A DNA stretch of 64,000 bases from Isurus oxyrinchus. Lineage: Eukaryota. Below the pieces are notes generated by a model. The model was given only the letters and a program-made list of their open reading frames with translations. It was not told where the DNA came from and searched no databases. Of the stretch, positions 38,010-49,505 are shown in pieces. Made by a program: the position numbers and the translations under genes. The DNA lies in contig JANJGN010000029.1 of NCBI GenBank assembly GCA_026770705.1, positions 10,230,001 through 10,294,000 of the forward strand, given 5' to 3'. Numbering within the stretch: the stretch's first letter is position 1; each line of letters starts with the position of its first letter.

Positions 38010-40748
38010 ACTAGTGCCAAAGTTGGGAGAGCTGTCTCACAGACTAGTCAAACAACAGTCTGGCATAGTCATACTCTCCGAATCATACCTTACAGCCAAT
38101 GTCCCAGACACCACCATCACCATCCCTGAGTATGTCCTGTCCCTTTGGCAGGACAGACCCACCAGAGGTGTCAGCTGGTAATACACAGTCGGGAGGGATT
38201 TGCCCTGAGGGTCCTCAACATCGACTCCGGACCCTACGGAGTCTCATGGGATCAGGTCAAACATGAGCAAGGAAACCTGCTGATTATCACATACCACCCT
38301 CCCTTAGCTAATGAAGCATTACTCTTCCATGTTGAACACCACTTGGAGGAAGCACTTGAGGGTGGCAAAGGTATAGAATGTACTCTGGGTGGGGGACTTC
38401 AATTTCGGTCACCAAAGGCTCCTCGGTAGCAATGCCCCTGTGTGAACTGGCCAAGTCCCAAAAGACATACCTGCTAGACTGGGACTGTGGCAGGTGGTGA
38501 GGGAATCAACAAGCGGGAAAAACTTACTGGACCTTACCCTCACCAATGTACCTGTTGGAGATGCTTGCCCATGACTATATTGTTAGGAGTGACCACCGCA
38601 CAGTGCTTGTGGAGATAATGTCCCGTCTTCACACTGAGTATGCCCTCCATCATGTTGTGTGACACTATCACTGTGCTAAATGGGATAGATTCAGTACAGA
38701 TCTAGCAGTTCAAAACTGGAAATCCATGAGATGCTGTGGGCCATCAGCAGCAACAGAATTGTATTCAACCTCAATCTATAACTTCATAGCCCAGCATATT
38801 CTTCACTCCATTACTATCAAGCCAAGGGATCAACCCTGGTTCAATGAAGAGTGCAAGAAGACATGCCAGGAGCAGCACCAGCCATACCTTGAAATAAAGT
38901 GTCAACCTGGTGAAGCTGCAACACAGGACTACTTGCATGCCAAACAGGAGAAGCAGCATGTGATAAAAAGAGCTAAGCAATCCCACAACCTAATGATCAG
39001 ATCAAAGCGCTGCAGCCCTGCTACATCCAGTTGTGAATGGTGGTGAGCAATTAAACAACTAACTGGAGAAGGGGCAAATATCCCCATCCTCAATAATGGG
39101 GGAGCCCAGCACATTAGTGCAAAAGACAAGGCATGTGCACCCATCTTCAGCCAAAAGTGTTGAGTGAATGATCAATCTTGGCCTCCCCCTGAGGTCCCTA
39201 GCATCACCAGTACCAATTTTCAGTTAAGTTAATCTACATGATATGAAAAACAGATAGAGGCACTGGATACTGGAAAGGCTATGGGCCCTGAAAACACCCT
39301 GACAGTACTAAAGACGTACTCCAGAACTAGCCACACTCTGAACCAAGCTGTTTCAGTGCAGCTACAACACTAGCATCTACTGGACAATGTGGAAAATTAC
39401 CCAGGTATGTCCTGTCCACAAAAGTGCAAGACAAATCCAATCTGGCCAACTATTGCCCCATCAGCCTACTCTCGATCATCAACAAAGTGATGGAATGTAA
39501 GATTGAAAATGCAATCAACTGGCACTATAGAGCAATAACCTGTTCACTGATGCTTAGTTTGGGAGGTTTGCGAAGACCGCTCAGCTCCTGACCTCATAAT
39601 AGCTTTGGTCCAAATATGGACAAAAGACCTGAACTCAAGAGGTGAGAGTGAATGCCCTTGACATCAAGGCAGCATATGACTGAGTGTAGCATCATGGAGT
39701 CCTGGCAAAGGAAGGTGGCTGTGGTGGTTGGAGGCCTATCTCAGTCCCAGGACATCACTGCAGGAGTTCCTCAGGTTAATGTCCTGGGCCAACCATGTTC
39801 AGCTACATCATCAATGACCTTCCTTCCATCATAAAGTCAGAAGTGGGGATTTTTGCTGGCAATTGCTCAATGTTCAGTATCAATCACAACTCCTCGGATA
39901 GTGAAGCAAACGGTGCCAATTTGCAGCAAGACCTGGACAGCATTCAGGCTTGAGCTGATAAATGGCAAATAATGTTTGCACCACACAAGTGCCAGGCAAT
40001 GACCATCTCTAACGAGAGAGTCTAATCATCTCCCCTCCTTGACATTCAATGGCATTACAATTGCTGAGTTCCCCATTACCAACATGCTGGGGGTTACCAT
40101 TGACTAGAAACTGAACTGGACTAGCCATATAAACACTGGCTACCAGAGGAGGTCAAGGCTAGGAATTCTGTGGCGAGTAGCTCACTTCCTGATTCCCCAA
40201 GGCTTGCCTATCATCTACAAGGCACAAGTCAGGAGTGTGATGGAATATCTCCACTTTTCTGGATGAGTGCAGCTCCAACAACACACAAGAATCTCCACAC
40301 CATTCAGGACAAAGCAGCCTGCTTGATCAGCACCCCATCCACCAACTTAAACATTCTGTCCCTCCACCACCAATGCACAATGGCAGCAGTGTGTACTATA
40401 TACAAGATGCACAGCAGCATCTCGCCAAGGTTCCTTTGACAGCGTCTTCCAAACCCATGACCTTTGCCACTTAGAAAGACAAGGGCAGCAGATACATGGG
40501 AACACCACCACCTGGAAGTTCCCCTCCAAACCATTCACCTTCCTGAATTGGAAGTATATTGCTGCTCCTTCACTATCACTGGGTCAAAATCCTAGAACTC
40601 TCTGCCAGGACTATTGGCGTATTTATACCACATGGATTGCAGTGGTTCAAGAAGGCAGCTCACCATTACTTTCTCAAGGTCAATTTAGGAATGGGCAACA
40701 AATTCTGTCCTAGCCAGTGGTGCCCGCATCCCATGAAAGAATTTAAAA
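38010..40748 (+). mobile_element. Degenerate near-complete ORF2 of a second LINE family (CR1/L2/Jockey group, clade unresolved)
   Basis: APE start LVPKLGELSHRLVKQQ, GDFN-like and DHR motifs, RT GVPQ..VLG and INDLP, and a 3' tail ggcaa.aaatgctggcctagccag...cccacatcccatgaaagaa(A)n. Confidence 0.85.
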
Positions 40749-40949
40749 AACATACATAGACCATTATGAATATGTGCAGACAATAATCAATAACCTAATA
40801 GATTGTTGGCCTATACACCTAGAGGACTAGATTACCAGGGATCAATTATTTATTTTAAATCCGAGATTGACATTTTTATTAACCAAAGATATTAAAAAAT
40901 ATAGGGCAAAGGTGGGTATATAAAGTTAATCCACCAAGATCTTACTGAA

Positions 40950-43900
40950 TGCCAGCTGCAGCTCCTGGAAGCCCGGGTTTTGGAGCTGGAGCGGCAGCTG
41001 GGGACACTGGAGCATCCACAAGGCGGAGAGTATGGTGGATGGCATGTATAGAGAGGTGGTCACACCGCAGGCTAAGAGTCCACAGGCAGGAAGGGAATGG
41101 GTGACCACCAGGCAAAGCAAGAGGACTAGGCAGGCAGTGCAGGAATCTCCTGTGGCTATTCCCCTGCAAAATAGATATACCGCTTTGGATACTGTTGGGG
41201 GGGACTGGCCTCTCAGGAGAAAGCAGTAACAGCCAAGTTCATTGCACCGCAGTTGGCTCTGCTGCACAGGGGAGGAGTAAAAAGTGTGGGAATGCAATAG
41301 TTATAGGGGATTCAATTGTAAGGGGAATAGATAGGCATTTCTGTGGCTGCAAACGGGACTCCAGGATGATATGCTGCCTCCCTGCTGCTAGGGTCAAGGA
41401 TGTCTCAGAGCATCTAGTGGACATTCTGAAGGGGGAGGGTGAACAGCCAGTGGTTGTGGTACACATTGGTACAAACGACATAGTTAAAAAAATGGGATGA
41501 GGTCCTAAAAGCAGAATATAGGGAGCTAGGAAGTAAGGTGAAAAGTAGAACCTCAAAGGTAGTGATCTCGGGATTACTACCAGTGCCACGTGCCAGTCAG
41601 AGTAGAAATAGCAGGATATATCAGATGTATACGTGGCTTAAGAGATGGTGTGAAGGGGAGGGTTTCAGATTCCTGGGGCATTGGGACCGGTTCCAGGGGA
41701 GGTGGGACCTGTACAAACTGGACGGTTTACACCTGGGCAGGACCGGGACTGATGTCCGAGGGGGAACATTTGCTAGAGTGGTTGGGGAGGGTTTAAACTA
41801 AAATGGCAGGGGGATGGGAACCTATGCAAGGAGTCAGAGGAAGGGGAATCAAAGACAAGAACAAAAGACAGAAAGCGGAAAAAGAAAAGTGATAGCCAGA
41901 GAAATCAAGGGCAAGAATCAAATAGGGCCTCAGTGAAAAATAGTGGGAACGGGACAATTGATGTTAAAAAGACAAGCCTTAAGGCTTTGTGCCTTAACAC
42001 GAGGAGCATTCGCAATAAAGTGGATGAATTAACTGCACAAATAGATGTAAACAGGTATGATATAGTCAAGATTACGGAGACATGGCTGCAGGGTGACCAG
42101 CGATGGGAACTGAACATCCAGGGGTATTCAGTATTTAGGAAGGACAGACAAAAAGGAAAAGGCGGTGGAGTTGCATTGCTGGTTAAAGAGGAAATGAATG
42201 CAATAGTGAAGAAAGATATTAACTCTGACGATGTGGAATCTGTATGGGTAGAGCTGAGAAACACTAAGGGGCAAAAAACGTTAGTGGGTGTTGTATATAG
42301 AACCCAAACTGTCGTGGTGATGTTGGGAATGGCATTAAACAGGAAATTAGAGATGCATGTAATAAAGGAACATCTGTAATTATGGGTGACTTTAATATGC
42401 ATATAGATTGGGCAAATCAAATTAGTAACAATACCATAGAGGAGTGTATACGGGATGCTTTTCTGGACCAATATGTTGAGGAACCAACGAGAGAACAAGC
42501 CATCATCGACTGGGTATTATGTAATGAAAAAGGAATAATTGGCAATCTAGTTGTGTGAGGCCCCTTGGGGATGAGTGACAATAATATGATAGAATTCTTC
42601 ATCAAGATGAAGAGTAACGTAGTTGGTTCTGAGACTAGGGTCCTGAATCTTAATAAAGCAAACTACGATGGTATGAGGCATGAGCTATGATGGATTGGGA
42701 AACGTTACTTAAAGGGATGACGGTGGATAGACAATGGCAAACGTTCAAAGAGCGCATGGGTGAACTGCAACAATTGTTTATTCCTGTTTGGTGCAAAAGT
42801 AAAACAGGAAAGGTGGCCAAACCATGGCTTACAAGGGAAATTAGAGATAGTATTAGATGTAAGGAAGAGGCATACAAATTGGTCAGAAAAAACAACAGAC
42901 CTGAGGATTGGGATCAGTTTAGAATTCAGCAAAGGAGGACCAAGGGATTGATCAAGAAGGGGAAAAGAGAGTATGAGAGTAAGCTTGTAGGAAACATAAA
43001 AACTGACTGTAAAAGTTTCTATAGGTATGTGAAGAGAAAAAGATTGGTGAAGACAAATGTAGGTCCCTTACAGTCAGAAACAGGGGAATTTATAATGGGG
43101 AACAAAGAAATGGCTGACCAACTAAATACATACTTTGGTTCTGTCTTCACAAAGGAGGACACAAATAACACACCAGAAATGTTGGGGAACACAGGGTTTA
43201 GTGAGAGGGAGGAACTGAAAGAAATCAGTATTAGTAGGGAGATGATGTTGGAGAAATTGATGGAATTGAAGGCCGATAAATCCCCGGGGCCTGACAATCT
43301 ACATCCCAGAGTACTTAAGGAAGTGGTCCTAGAAATAGTGGATGCATTGGTGGTCATCTTCCGAGATTCTATAGACTCTGGAACAGTTCCTACAGATTGG
43401 AGAGTAGCTAATGTAACCCCACTATTTAAAAAGGGATGCAGAGAGAAAACAGGGAATTATGGACCAGTCAGCCTGACATCGGTAGTGGGGAAAACTCTAG
43501 AGTCCATTATAAAAGATTTAATAGCTGAGCACGTGGAAAACAGTGGCAGAATCGGACAGAGTCAGCATGGATTTATGAAAGGGAAATCATGCTTAACAAA
43601 TCTACTGGAATGTTTCGATGATGTAACTAGTAGAATTGATGAGGGGGAGCCAGTGGAAGTGGTTTATTTGGACTTTCAGAAGGCTTTTGACAAAGCCCCA
43701 CATAAGAGATTGGCGTGTAAAATTCAAGTGCATGGGATTTGGGGTAGTGTAATTGAGATGGATAGAAAACTAGCTGGCAGACAGTTAACAAGAGTAAGAA
43801 TAAATGAGACTTTTTCCGAATGGCAGGCAGTTACTAGTGGGGTACTGCAGGGATCAGTGCTGGGACCCCAGTTATTCACAACATATATCAATGATTTAGA

Positions 43901-44858
43901 TAAGGGAATTAAATGTAATATCTCCAAATTTGCAGATGACACAAAGCTGTGTGGGAGGGTGAGCTGTGAGGAGGGTGCAGGGATGCTTCAGTGTGATTTG
44001 GACAAGCTGAGTGAGTGGGCAAATGCATGGCAGATACAGTATAATGTGGATAAATGTGAGGTTATCCACTTTGGTAGCAAAAGCAGGAAAACAGATTATT
44101 ACTTGAATGGTTATAAATTGAGAGAGGGGAATGTGCATCGAGACCTGGGTGTCCTCATACACCAGTCGCTGAAGGTAAGCATGCAGGTGCAGCAGACGGT
44201 AAAGAAGGCAAATGGTATGTTGGCCGTCATAGCGAGAGCATTCGAGTATAGGAGCAGGGATGTCTTGCTGCAATTGTACTGGGGCTTGGTGAGACCACAC
44301 CTGGAACATTGTGTGCAGTTTTGGTCTCCTTATCTGAGGAAGGATGTTCTTGCTATAGAGGAAGTGCGACGAAGGTTTACCCGACTGATTCCTGGGATGG
44401 CGGGACTGACATATGAGGAGAGATTGAGCCAATTAGGATTATATTCTCTGGAGTTCAGAAGTATGAGGGGGGATCTCATAGAAACCTATAAAATTCTAAC
44501 AGGACTAGACAGGGTAGATGCAGGAAGGGTGTTCCCGATGGTGAGGGAGTCCAGAACCAGGGGTCACAGTCTGAGGATATGGAGTAGACCATTTAGGACT
44601 GAGATGAGGAGAAATTTCTTCACCCAGAGAGTGGTGAGCCTGTGGAATTCGCTACCACAGAAAGTAGTTGAGACCAAAACATTGTATGTTTTCAAGAAGG
44701 AGTTAGATATAGCTCTTGGGGCGAAAGGGATCAAAGGGTATGGGGAGAAAGTGGGAGCAGGCTATTGAGTTGAATGATCAGCCATGATCATAATGAATGG
44801 CAAAGCAGACCCGAAGGGCCGAATGGCCTTCTCCTGCTCCTAGTTTCTATGTTTCTAT
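40950..44858 (+). mobile_element. Near full-length CR1-clade LINE (HER1-like): ORF1 esterase domain, ORF2 APE plus RT
   Basis: ORF1 IVIGDSIVRGID...VVVHIGTND...DGLHL (SGNH/GDSL esterase). APE CLNTRSIRNK...ITETW...GGGVA. 693-aa RT ORF 42687-44768 with YLDFQKAFD, QGSVLGP, FADD. 3' tail with (tttctat) repeats. Frameshifts and stops in ORF1 and APE. Confidence 0.95.
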
Positions 44859-44989
44859 AGACTGTTCCTATGTTCTTCTATCCCAGTTTCAACTTGTGCG
44901 TGCTCTCTCTGTTGAAGCAAGTGTGCCGCTTTCGTTGATTGTAGCCAAATGGCTCCTTCAGCAGTTACAGGAGCAATATTTGGACTTGC

Positions 44990-45440
44990 TGTGGCTCAAT
45001 GGGTAGCCCTCTGAGTCAGCAGCTTTGTGGATTCAAGTCCCACTCCAGAGGCTTGAGCATAAAATCCAGGCTGACACTCCCAGTGCAGTACTGAGGGTGT
45101 GCTACATTGTCAGAGGTGCTGTCTTTTGGGTGAGACATTAAACCCCGGGGCCCATTCTGCCCTCTCGGGTGAATTGAAGATTTCTCAAGCCGCTATAAAA
45201 TAAAAGTTAATTATTATTTAATAATAATTAATAAATTCCTCCAGTATCCTGGACAACATTTATCCTTCAACCAGCAACATTAAAACAGATTATCTGGTCA
45301 TTGCCTGTTTGTGGGAGCTAGCTATGTGCAGTTTGGTTGCTGTGTTTCCTACATTACAATAGTGACAACACTTGAAAATTGCTTGTAAAGCATTTTGCAA
45401 TATCCTGTGATTGTCAAAGGCACTATAGAAATGGCAGATC
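44990..45440 (+). mobile_element. DeuSINE (SacSINE1/AmnSINE1-like)
   Basis: tRNA-like head (tggctca...ggttcaagtcccact), Deu-like core (aaacagattatctggtcatt...gtttgtgggagct...tttcctacattacaa), L2-like tail. Further copies at 14170-14515, 23075-23400, 29355-29690, 35445-35870 and 47285-47600 (minus). Confidence 0.8.
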
Positions 45441-48400
45441 ATCTTAGAAAGCTGTTTCAACACAAGGGCCAGTGGAAAATCTTCCTTAGAAGTTGTTCAA
45501 AACAGTGCCCCCCCCCCCCCCCCCCCCCCCCCCGAACAGTTTTCGCTCCTGTCCTGTTTTTGTCCTTCTCTGTTCCTCTTATTTGGGTGGCATTTTCCAC
45601 TCGTTACAACACTGGCGACCGAGGTTGCAGGTACACAGAAGATCCAGGGAGCAGATAGATATGTCTCTCAGTGCACATTCTCCCTGGAGGGAGGAAGCTA
45701 ACAAAGTAAGGTGGCAGGAAACAAGAAGGAGGGGTGAAGGTGGAGAGAAGAAGGGGCGGTCAAAGGAATAAGCCACCTCCCCTCCCACGCAGCTTCTGTA
45801 AAGCAGCTTAATGCTGCCGGCTACCCTCCTGTGAAGCACTTTGGGACTTTTTACAACTTTAAGGGTGCTATCTAAATGCAAGCTGCTGATTACGGAATGA
45901 ACATGAGACAGGAAAATGGCCTTTGGGCAATGGTGGGTGGAGATGCTGCTGCGGAACCCAAAAAAGGTGACAAAATAGAACCAATAACAATGCAAATCTG
46001 GGCTCTGTGTGTTAAAATCTACTATGAATCCACATGTTCCCTGAGTGGATAGCACATGGTGTTTCTTCCTGGGATGTGGATGGCACTGGCAAGGCCAGCA
46101 TTTGTTGCCCATCCCTAATTGCCCTTGAACTCATTGGCTTTTTTGACCATTTCAGAGGTTGACCACATTGCTGTGGGTCAGAGGAGTCACATGTAGGCCA
46201 GACTGGGTAAGGATGGCAGATTTCCTTCCCTAAAGGGGGCATTGGTGAACCAGATGAGTTTTAACAACAACTGATGATGGTTGTCATGGTAACTGGGACT
46301 GGCTTTGCGTTCTGGATTTATTAACTGAATTTAAATTCCACCAGCTGCCATGATGGGGATTTGAACCTGTGTGCCCAGTGTATTAGCCTGGGCCTCTGGG
46401 TTACCAGATCAGTAACATTACCACTATGCCACCATTTCCCCCCACCACCCCCCAAACAAAGCCAGGAGTTGTTGGCAAGTTAAGGCAAGTAGTTGAGGCA
46501 AAGTATTTGGTACTGTGGTAAGGGGAAAGAAAAGAATGAAGGAATTTTGACTGCAGTCAAGGTCGACAGGAGTGATATGGGCTAAGGAATCAAGCAGGTC
46601 TTACCACATACACCTGTAGCTTTATTCTTAAAGGAACAACACCATATTTTCAATATGACTGCATTTTTTCTCTTGCCTTGATTAATCTGTCAAGTTCCAT
46701 AATGGTCTATCTCTCCCCAGAGCTTTTGCCAGTGCATCAGATAAGCAAGGGAGAGAAAAAAAACAAGACTTGAAAGAAAGACTTGCATTTATAAAATATC
46801 TTTGACTGCCTGAGATTGTCACAAAGCACTTTACAGGGTTGAAGGTTTAGATTAGGTTAGATGCTCAATTGCTCCCTCGGCAATAAAGAAACATACAGAC
46901 CATGAATGGAGAAGGTTAGTTAGTCATAAGACTGGATTAATGTCCTGGAGTTGTATTTCATGCATTAGGGAGAGAATTCAGAGGTTTTATCTGCTTGCTA
47001 ATTTTACCTATACCAAGTCACCTCACTTGGATTAAGTCATGTGTCTTTTGAAGAAAACGGCACAAGTTCTGTGGAAGGGACCTACTCAGTCGATTGCCTG
47101 AAAGGGTGGTGGAAAAAGATTCAATAGCAACTTGGGTATATACTTGAAGTGGGAGAATTTTCAGGGCTGCGGGTGAATAGCAGGGAGATGGGAATAACTG
47201 GATAGCTCTTTCAGCGAGGCTGCATAGGCAAGATGGGCTAAATGGTCCTGTTCCGTGCTGAGCAATTCCAATTCTAATTCAGTCAACAAAGTACTTTTGA
47301 AATTCAATCACTATTGTAATATAGCAAACACGGCAGCCAATTAGTGCACAGCACAGTCTCACAAACAGGAATGAGATGACGCCCAGATAATCTGTTCATA
47401 GTGATGTTGGTGGAGAGGTAACAATTGGGCAGAACAATGGGGAGAAGGCCCCTGCTGTTCTTTGTAGTAGTGCCACAGAATCTATTCCGCCCACCTGAGA
47501 GGGCAGACAGAGCCTCGGTTTAACATCGCCTGCAGGAGATGGCACTGCTAACAGTGCAGCAGTCCCTTGGTACTGCACTGGGAGTGTCAGCCTAGATTTT
47601 GAAAGAGGAAAAAACATACAATTGTCTAAAACGTCAGAAGATCTCTAAGAATCAGTTTATTTATAGAAGGTTGTTTCATCTTAAATAGCTGCAGAAGGAA
47701 AGTGATTGCAATAAAAACTTGGAGAGTAAACGAAAGAATTCCAGCTGATAAATTTGTGTCCTGTGGGTGCTGAAGGTTCTCAATATGTATAAAGCTCCGT
47801 CTGGGGAGACTGCATTATGAAGACACAATAATTCCACATGAATGAAGTTTACACATGTACAGCTTCTATTAAAATGTCAGGCTGACACTAAAAAGCCGAT
47901 TTTTATTGCTTGTGTTCTGAGCTGTGCCCCCCAGAGCCCTCACACCAAGTCCCTCTTCCAGCTGTAATGATCCAGCCTGCATCACACCACAAGGATGGGA
48001 TTTGATTAAAATCATCGTAGTTTCATGAAAATAAACCACAGGGGATCTCTGCGAATATTGCTTCAGGCACCGAGAGGCCACTGATTATGAATATGTTTGT
48101 ACGGGCACTGTGTAACCTGTCTGCACGTGAAAGGTGCAGTTTGTAAGTGTGAGAGGGACTTGGTTAGTTTGTTGAGAGAGAATTGGTTAGTGCAAGAGGT
48201 AAGTGATATGTGATTTTTAAAGTTCTCATTCTGGTTTTCAAATCCCTTCCTAAACTTCTCACTCCCTATTTCTAACTTATTTCGGAAAAGAATATTATGT
48301 TTGACAAATCTGTTTGAGTATTTTGGGGTTGTAACGAGTGGGGGGGCGGTGAGGGGTGGGGGAAACCAATGAGTATAGTGCGTTTGGATCATCAAAAACT

Positions 48401-49505
48401 TTCAATAAGGTGCCACACAAGAGGTTACTACGCAATGTAAGTCTCAAGAGATGGGGAGTAATATTAACATAGATTGAGGATTGGTCATTGGACAGTAAAC
48501 AGGGAACATAAACAAACAGGTCAGAGGGTTGTGCGACTTTGGAACTCTCTGCCTCGGAAGGTGGTGGAGGCGGGGTCAGTGAATATGTTTAAGGCAGAGG
48601 TAGATAGATTCTTGTTAGGCAAGGGAATCAAAGGTTATCGGGGGTAGATGGAACTGTGGAACCTGAAACACAAACAGATCAGCCATGATCTTATTGAATG
48701 ACGAAACAGGCTCGAGGGGCCTAATGACCTACCTCTGCTCCTATTTCGTATGTTCATATGTCATTTTTGGGCTGGGTACCGCAAAGATCGTTGCTTGGGT
48801 CTCAGCTATTTACAATCTCTATTAATGACTTAGAGGTTACCAAGTGTAGCATATCCAAGTTTGTTGTGAGGAGAATGCAAAGGGATCATAGACTGACTAG
48901 GTGAGCGGGCAAAGCACTGTTGACGGAATATAATGTGGGGTGGTGTGAATTTACCCACTTTAGTAGGAAAAATAGAAAAACCGAATACTTTTTTAAATAG
49001 TGAGGGACTGGATATACTAGTATTCAGAGGTGCCTTGGTGTCCTTGCACAAGAATCACAGGAAGTTAGCATATGGGTACAGCAAACAATTAGAAAAGCAG
49101 ACACTTAGGAAAGCAAATGGTAAGTTTGGCCTGTATTACAAAGGGATTAGATTACAACAACAAGGCAATTAGAATTTACATAGTGCTTTTTAAAACATGC
49201 CAGAGTGCTTCTCAAAAATGTTACAAAGCAAATTTTGACACTGAGGCACATCAGGTAATAATAGGACAGATGATTAAAAGCTTGGTCAAAGATGTAACAT
49301 TTAAGGAGGCACCGAAAAGGAAGAAAGAGGGTGGGGTGGTTTAGGGAGGAACCTTGGCGCTTTGGTCCTAGGCAGCTGGAGACATGGCTGGTGGAGCAGA
49401 ATTAGACAAGCGTAGGGATCTTGAAGGGTTATGGGGCTGACAGAAATTAAGAAGATTGGGAATATAAGAGTAAAGAAGTCTTGCTACAATTAGATCAGGC
49501 CATGG

